Shown here in pieces: positions 18,957 through 24,000 of a DNA stretch of 24,000 nucleotides. Under the pieces are notes generated by a model that had not been told where the DNA came from, searched no databases, and worked only from the letters and a program-made list of their open reading frames with translations. Made by a program: the position numbers and the translations under genes. How positions within the stretch are numbered: position 1 is the first letter of the stretch; every line of letters begins with the position of its first letter. Source of the stretch: an uncultured Methanobacteriaceae archaeon. Its GTDB lineage: Archaea; Methanobacteriota; Methanobacteria; Methanobacteriales; Methanobacteriaceae. The DNA lies in the NCBI GenBank assembly GCA_963740435.1, contig CAVUDY010000001.1, positions 45,791-69,790 of the forward strand, written 5' to 3'.

Positions 18957-19796
18957 TTATTGTCGTAGCTTACTTTCAATAATTTCTGCATTCGTATTAC
19001 TTTTTTCCCTTATTATGCTGCTTATATTTCGATCCAACATGTTAGGATGGATTGATATCCATATATCGGCATCAGGATCAATTATCTTTTTTACTTCAAT
19101 AACTCCATTGGATTCTTTAAGTGCTTCAACAGATTTATCTATATTTGCCTCAACCTTTATTTTCATCTCCGCAGTACTCCAGTTGGTCATCTTCTTGGCT
19201 ATATCGATTTTGTCGATTTCTTCCTCTATTCTGCTTGTGATATATGAGTATAGGGGCAATATAATTATTGCTACAGTGAGGCCGGCTATGGTTGTTATCA
19301 ATGCTAGATATATGCCTTCTGCCATTCCAGCAGAATTTCCACCCACTCCCATTGCTTTAAATGTGTACCAGATACCGATAACAGTTCCTATAAGTCCTAA
19401 TAATGGTGCAATTTCAATAATGGTCTTCAGTGTGTTTAAACCCTTTGTCATTTTTCCCATTTCTAATATGAAAACTCTCTCCATTGCATCTTCAACCTCT
19501 ACGTTATTTCTGTATCCTATCTTCAAAGCTTCAGAGATTATCTTCGATATTGGATTCTGATATTTACCTATAGAGCGTAATGCTTCTAGAGATCCACCCC
19601 TATCCATTGCTTCGTTCACTGTTTCAATAATCTGAGGTAAACTAACCTTTGATATTTTCCTCAAATTATGTATCTTTTCAAAGGATAATATAAACCCATA
19701 AATTCCTATAATGGTAATTACGTATGTAATTATTCCCCCGCTTTTGAACATTTCCATTATGGTTCCGAATGAACCTGCAAAAAATTCGTATATCAT
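18957..19796 (-). CDS. exbB: MotA/TolQ/ExbB-family proton channel protein with an extended C-terminus
   Basis: Three predicted TM helices (res ~21-38, 126-146, 162-184) with family motifs APLLGLIGTVIG and ALITTIAGLTVAI. About 93 aa follow TM3. The start lies 6 nt after the rnhB stop. Confidence 0.8.
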   Translation of the reverse strand: MIYEFFAGSFGTIMEMFKSGGIITYVITIIGIYGFILSFEKIHNLRKISKVSLPQIIETVNEAMDRGGSLEALRSIGKYQNPISKIISEALKIGYRNNVEVEDAMERVFILEMGKMTKGLNTLKTIIEIAPLLGLIGTVIGIWYTFKAMGVGGNSAGMAEGIYLALITTIAGLTVAIIILPLYSYITSRIEEEIDKIDIAKKMTNWSTAEMKIKVEANIDKSVEALKESNGVIEVKKIIDPDADIWISIHPNMLDRNISSIIREKSNTNAEIIESKLRQ

Positions 19797-19802
19797 GTTA
19801 TT

Positions 19803-20411
19803 TTACCTTGTTCTTTCTATTGTCGACCATGATCTTCTAACGAAATCTGGTAGATCGGTATATGGAGTTCGTTTTAAAAATGAGATTGTTTTAGGATCGC
19901 TAGGATAACCCGATCCAATGTCAGCAAACTGCTTTCTTAGCTTGTGAATTGCCATATCTCTTTCAACCTTAGCAACTATGGACGCTGCTGAAACTATTGC
20001 GTATTTATCATCGGCTCCATGTTCTGCAATCACTTCCAAGTTCTTCTGAAACTTTTCGATTTCTTTTTTAAATCTTTCCGGTTTAATATCGATACAATCA
20101 ATAAATGAAATGTCGGGTTTGGAATCACCAATTATTTTTCTCATGGCAATTTTCTCTATTTCATTGAGATTGATATCCTTTGACCTAAGAAGGTCTATAT
20201 CTGCGGCACTTATATGCACCTGGTGGCATTCTGCGATTTTTTTAATTTTTCTTGAGAGAACAACCCTCCTCTTAGGAGAAATCTTCTTAGAATCCTTTAG
20301 TTTGAGTCTTTCAATATATTTCAATCTTCCTTCTTCAACTGCGACTCCACACACAACTAGAGGTCCGAGAACCGATCCTCTACCTGCTTCGTCTATACCA
20401 ACTAACTTCAT
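19803..20411 (-). CDS. rnhB: Ribonuclease HII
   Basis: MKLVGIDEAGRGSVLGPLVV plus downstream DSK and ASI(V)AKV blocks. The track start is TTG 20429. The ATG at 20411 gives the N-terminus typical of archaeal RNase HII. Confidence 0.87.
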   Translation of the reverse strand: MKLVGIDEAGRGSVLGPLVVCGVAVEEGRLKYIERLKLKDSKKISPKRRVVLSRKIKKIAECHQVHISAADIDLLRSKDINLNEIEKIAMRKIIGDSKPDISFIDCIDIKPERFKKEIEKFQKNLEVIAEHGADDKYAIVSAASIVAKVERDMAIHKLRKQFADIGSGYPSDPKTISFLKRTPYTDLPDFVRRSWSTIERTR

Positions 20412-20552
20412 ATATTTCTTAAACCTCAACTAAGTATAAATTTTCATTTTAGGCATCTATAGATACACAAGTTTAAGCTTTAATTTTAGTATTTAAAATA
20501 TTTATGAAAATATGATGTGAAATAAATATGTACTAACAATTAATTAACTGAG

Positions 20553-20579
20553 AAAAATTAAAAAAAGGAATTTAAAAAA
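20553..20579 (-). terminator. Three oligo-T tracts (T6, T7, T5 on the minus strand) just after the mreB stop
   Basis: The minus strand reads CTTCTTTTTTAAATTCCTTTTTTTAATTTTTCTC, beginning 5 nt after the stop codon at 20588-20590. Confidence 0.5.
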
Positions 20580-20587
20580 GAAGGAAA

Positions 20588-21661
20588 TTATTTCATAGCT
20601 TTTAAACGAACTTCGGGTTCGAGTGCTCTTGGTTCTGCAGCTACGATTGCAGCTCCTTTAGCTACAACGGTCATTGGATCTTCTGATATCTCAACTGGAA
20701 CTCCAACTTCTTCATATATTCTTTCTTTCAATCCTCTAAGTTGGGATGTTCCTCCAACAACGACTGTTTTGTTGTATACACCGGATATTAGTTCAGGAGA
20801 CATTCTTTCAAGAACCAATGAAAGTGCTTCAATAAGTCTAACAACAATTGGCTCTGCTGCATCTGCAACCAAATTTGAGTCTATTTCAACCTTTTTAGGT
20901 TTGTTTGTTTCCATTGATTTTCCAATTGATGTGGTTGTGAGATTTTCAACATCTGCATCTGAATGAACCATACCTACTGCTATCTTAGCTTTTTCAGCTT
21001 CATGAATTCCTATTTCAACATTATAGAGCTCTTTGACCTTTTCAACAATATTTTTGTCAATATCGTCTCCACCATCTCTGATAGTCTGAATGTCTGTAAT
21101 TCCACCCAATGATATAACTACTATGTCACTAGATCCTGCTCCTATATCAATCACCATGGTGCCTGCTGCCTCTGCAATTGGAAGCCCTGCACCGATTGCT
21201 GCTGAAAGTCCTTCACTTATAACCAGTACATAACTTGCTCCTGCTTTGATACCTATTTCTTCAACAGCTCGTTTTTCAACTTCAGAAGCATCTCCGGGTA
21301 TGCCAATAACTATCCTGTCAATGCTGTCTGTTTTTTCACCTGAACCTTTATCCATAGCATAGATTAAAAGAGCTTCTGCCTGGGCTATACTTTCAATAAC
21401 TCCCTTTCTGAGGGGTCTAACTGCTACAATGTCCTCGGGAGTTCTTCCAAGCATTGATTTTGCTTCTTCACCCACAGCGAGCACATATGATGAATCCTCT
21501 TTTTTCACTGCAACCACAGATGGAATTTTGTATAAGTCGAATTTATCTCCTGATGGTTTGGCAACAACTGTGTTAAGGGTTCCTAAATCTATCCCTAACG
21601 TATCTGTCAAAGCCTTTTTTTTAACATCTACTTCATCATTCTTCTTTAGAAAATCTAACAT
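20588..21661 (-). CDS. mreB: MreB-type actin homologue
   Basis: LGIDLGTLNTVVA (phosphate 1), SVVAV..VGEEAKSMLGRTPEDIVAVRPLRKGVI, VIDIGAGSSDIVVISLGG (phosphate 2) and VVGGTSQLRGLKERI (adenosine motif). GGAGG lies 6 nt upstream of the ATG. Confidence 0.85.
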   Translation of the reverse strand: MLDFLKKNDEVDVKKKALTDTLGIDLGTLNTVVAKPSGDKFDLYKIPSVVAVKKEDSSYVLAVGEEAKSMLGRTPEDIVAVRPLRKGVIESIAQAEALLIYAMDKGSGEKTDSIDRIVIGIPGDASEVEKRAVEEIGIKAGASYVLVISEGLSAAIGAGLPIAEAAGTMVIDIGAGSSDIVVISLGGITDIQTIRDGGDDIDKNIVEKVKELYNVEIGIHEAEKAKIAVGMVHSDADVENLTTTSIGKSMETNKPKKVEIDSNLVADAAEPIVVRLIEALSLVLERMSPELISGVYNKTVVVGGTSQLRGLKERIYEEVGVPVEISEDPMTVVAKGAAIVAAEPRALEPEVRLKAMK

Positions 21662-21662
21662 T

Positions 21663-22322
21663 TCATTCCTCCTTTAAAATTTTGTTAAATTCAATTACAA
21701 ATATTTTATTAACCTTCGCTGTTTCCTTGATTTTTGGTATAATTTCTTTCTCTGCAGATATTAAAACTGTAGATAATGCAACATCGGCCATTTTAAACAA
21801 TGGGTCTATGGTATTTCTTACAAATTCCGGTAACATGTTTGTTATGTAGACATCTGTTTCGATGAATCCGGTTGTTTTATCTTCTATAAGATAATTAAGT
21901 TTTAATCTGGACTTTTCACAGTCTCCCATGAATTTTTTTATAGAATTTTCAGGACCCACCGTTAACATTAGATTAGGTTCGTTTAACACGTAATATGGTG
22001 CTATTTTTAGATAAGCTCCTCCATTTTCTTTGCACATCATGCTCAAATCTCTTATTTTATTGATGTCTCCATGTAGCATAATGAAATCAAATTTTTTAGT
22101 TACAAACGATTCTTTGCTAGTTATATGTTCTCTGCAAAGAATTTTAACCCGTTCTTTATCGGTTATAGCTGCGTATGCAATGTTATTAACCATTTCTTCG
22201 TTTCCGGCTATTACGCACCATATTTCATCAGATTCCTGCATGGTGGAAACCTTCGCAGCTTGCCTCAAGCTTTTTATCTTATTTTCTATCATTTTTACCA
22301 CGCCTTTTGTGGAAATATTCAC
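21663..22322 (-). CDS. Uncharacterised protein, predicted alpha/beta, co-translated with mreB
   Basis: 219-aa ORF (209 aa if it starts at ATG 22292) with ordinary coding composition and no motif I recognise. Its TGA lies 1 nt before the mreB ATG. The start is ambiguous: GTG 22322 or ATG 22292. Confidence 0.6.
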   Translation of the reverse strand: MNISTKGVVKMIENKIKSLRQAAKVSTMQESDEIWCVIAGNEEMVNNIAYAAITDKERVKILCREHITSKESFVTKKFDFIMLHGDINKIRDLSMMCKENGGAYLKIAPYYVLNEPNLMLTVGPENSIKKFMGDCEKSRLKLNYLIEDKTTGFIETDVYITNMLPEFVRNTIDPLFKMADVALSTVLISAEKEIIPKIKETAKVNKIFVIEFNKILKEE

Positions 22323-22706
22323 GTATCATCCTAATGAAATTTTTCAGTATAAAAAATTTGAGTTATAATAATATTTAATTGGTTAAACTAAAATTTATCA
22401 ATACAGATCATGTGTTTTTCCTATGAGCTTTATATAACTATACAATTTAATCTAATTAAAACATCTATTATAAATATTAACAAATTTTTCGTAGAACCAA
22501 AGATATCTTATTCTTTTTTTTATTAATATCGATCCCAAAATTTTCACATTCTCGTTATATTCTTTATTTTCTTAAATTATAAAAAAAATTATTAATCTGG
22601 ATTTTGAGAATTAAAAATGTCTAACGATAAATATATTCAATTTTATACAATTTTTTATATCATTTGAATTTAATAATTTCAATATGACATTATATAAAGT
22701 TTTAGA

Positions 22707-22727
22707 TCAAACTGATAGTCAAACTGA
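22707..22727. repeat. Tandem 12-nt-period direct repeat TCAAACTGA x2
   Basis: TCAAACTGAtagTCAAACTGA, with copies at 22707-22715 and 22719-22727, inside the 602-bp AT-rich spacer. Confidence 0.5.
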
Positions 22728-22924
22728 GAATATAAAAAAATCCCTATAATATTTCTGATTACTGTTCATTTTGTTTTCTAAAATAATCCCATCTAAGAAT
22801 TATCATTAAGGAATATAATATATAGTAAATTAATGAATTACATTTTATTCAAGAATTAAGTACATAACATGATAAAATTCATAAAAAATTTTAAAAATTT
22901 ATATTATAACAAGGAGAAATTGTT

Positions 22925-23608
22925 GTGTTTGTTAGGGGAGTTACTTTAAAAAAAATCGGAATATTATTAACTATTGCAGTCTTACCATTTTTTTTAGGTT
23001 ATTTCTTCATCAGTTTCATCATTTTTTCTGTTATAGCATTTCTTATGCAGTTTTTCAGAGACCCAAAAAGAAATATTCCAACTGAAAAAGGAGTAGTTGT
23101 TGCTCCAGCAGATGGAAAAATTCTGAAGGGAAAAATCGATTACTTAAAAATTGTTAATTCAAACGATGATTCAATTACTAAACATATTTTAAATGAGGGA
23201 GAAAAAGGAATTCTCATAAGTACTTTCATGTCACCTTTCGATGTCCATGTTCAGCGAGCTCCGGTTACTGGAAAAATATTGAAGACCAAATACTATCCTG
23301 GCAAATTTAAAATTGCGTTTGGAGATGTTCGAACTGAAAATGAAAAGAATTTAATTGTGATAGATTCAGAATATGGAAAAATTGGTGTTGTTCAGATAGC
23401 GGGATTTGTTGCTAGAAGGATTGTTCAATATGTTAATGTTAATGACAGCGTTATGATTGGTGATAGATTGGGAATGATAAGATTTGGATCGAGGGTTAAT
23501 TTGATAATCCCATACGATAAATTCAAAGTAATGGTTTTTGAAGGAGAGAAACCCACAGCAGGAGAAACTATAATGGCCAAATTAGTTGAAGAATCATATG
23601 TTATCTAA
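22925..23608 (+). CDS. psd: Archaeal-type phosphatidylserine (archaetidylserine) decarboxylase proenzyme
   Basis: N-terminal TM segments, then FMSPFDVHVQRAP and a G-S self-cleavage motif (IRFGSRVNL) near the C-terminus. GTG start with GGAG 8 nt upstream. pssA follows directly. Confidence 0.8.
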   Translation: MFVRGVTLKKIGILLTIAVLPFFLGYFFISFIIFSVIAFLMQFFRDPKRNIPTEKGVVVAPADGKILKGKIDYLKIVNSNDDSITKHILNEGEKGILISTFMSPFDVHVQRAPVTGKILKTKYYPGKFKIAFGDVRTENEKNLIVIDSEYGKIGVVQIAGFVARRIVQYVNVNDSVMIGDRLGMIRFGSRVNLIIPYDKFKVMVFEGEKPTAGETIMAKLVEESYVI

Positions 23609-23634
23609 GATGGATTTATAAGAGGTTTTTTAAA

Positions 23635-24000
23635 ATGGATATGAAACATTACATTTCTTACGCTGATATAGTTTCTCTTGGGAATGCTTCTTTTGGATTT
23701 TTATCTATTATAATGGTTTTAAATGGTTATTTAGCAATTGCAGCACAGTTTATACTCGTTGCAGTGATCTTTGATTCATTAGATGGTTGGGTAGCACGTA
23801 AGACTAAACGAGTTGATCAGTTTGGATTTGGTGAAAATATTGACTCATTATCTGATGTAATTTCTTTTGGTGTTGCACCGGGAATGCTTTTGTATTCAGC
23901 ATGCGCCTCGTTTAGTATACCATACATTAATATAGTAGTAGCACTCCTAGTACTATTATGTGGGATTTTACGTCTCGCAAGGTTTAATGTAATTATAGAT
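23635..24000 (+). CDS. pssA: CDP-alcohol phosphatidyltransferase: (archaetidyl)serine synthase, 3' end outside the window
   Basis: This gene is absent from the ORF track because no stop is reached. I translated it by hand from ATG 23635: MDMKHYISYADIV...FDSLDGWVARKTKRVDQFGFGENIDSLSDVISFG. It carries the DG-x2-AR...G-x3-D-x3-D motif and stays in frame to nt 24000. Confidence 0.8.
   Translation, partial: MDMKHYISYADIVSLGNASFGFLSIIMVLNGYLAIAAQFILVAVIFDSLDGWVARKTKRVDQFGFGENIDSLSDVISFGVAPGMLLYSACASFSIPYINIVVALLVLLCGILRLARFNVIID

Noticed and set aside
18532-19796. ExbB/ExbD pair as a Zorya-like (ZorA/ZorB) anti-phage module.
   Set aside because: ZorA-type proteins are much larger, with long coiled-coil tails, and they come with ZorC/D or ZorE partners. 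Here the proteins are of ExbB/ExbD size and are flanked by housekeeping genes (rnhB, purO). No nuclease, helicase or other defence-type neighbours are present.
22323-22924. The long AT-rich spacer as a possible replication origin.
   Set aside because: There is no adjacent orc1/cdc6 gene in the window. I could not find multiple copies of a longer ORB-like inverted repeat, only one short tandem 9-mer. AT-richness alone is insufficient evidence.
1-24000. Window-wide scan for tRNA/rRNA/structured RNA (G/C-rich islands in spacers), CRISPR repeats, IS/transposase/integrase genes, inteins, and in-frame stops that would suggest Sec/Pyl recoding or frameshifts.
   Set aside because: All spacers are uniformly AT-rich with no G/C-rich structured island. 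No regularly spaced repeats are present. Every gene has the expected length for its family, with no interrupting stop. Nothing supports any of these features.

Overview
This is a low-GC archaeal chromosome segment, almost certainly from a methanogen. The gene content looks Methanobacteriales-like: atwA, cofD/cofE, arfA, purO, gatDE, an AMA-type AAA ATPase, MreB, and archaetidylserine synthase/decarboxylase. All product calls rest on motif recognition by eye; no database search was run.

I support 23 tightly packed protein genes.
- Plus-strand block, 1-10170: two-subunit 2-oxoacid:ferredoxin oxidoreductase, ExoIII, gatD, gatE, thioredoxin reductase, an Endo-IV-like TIM barrel, and an AAA ATPase.
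- Minus-strand array, about 12 kb, transcribed 22322 -> 10331: unknown 219-aa ORF, mreB, rnhB, exbB, exbD, purO, cofE, cofD, arfA, a Dus-like TIM barrel, atwA, a Cys-rich small protein, sirC, and hemA.
- Plus-strand pair after a 602-bp ORF-free AT-rich spacer: psd and pssA (3' end outside the window).

Most genes have clear Shine-Dalgarno sites (GGAGG/GGTGA), and several junctions are translationally coupled. I saw no rRNA/tRNA, CRISPR array, transposase/integrase, prophage or recognisable defence island. This looks like core DNA rather than accessory DNA, and I cannot point to a clearly novel multi-gene system.

The most promising leads are:
1. A duplicated Cys-rich protein with a UBA-like tail, wedged between atwA and sirC.
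2. An uncharacterised 219-aa protein translationally coupled to archaeal MreB.
3. An orphan ExbB/ExbD proton-motor pair with an extended ExbB C-terminus.
4. A barrel-only Dus-like protein whose conserved N-terminal motif lies upstream of its first ATG.
5. An OFOR beta subunit in which a canonical cluster cysteine appears relocated.
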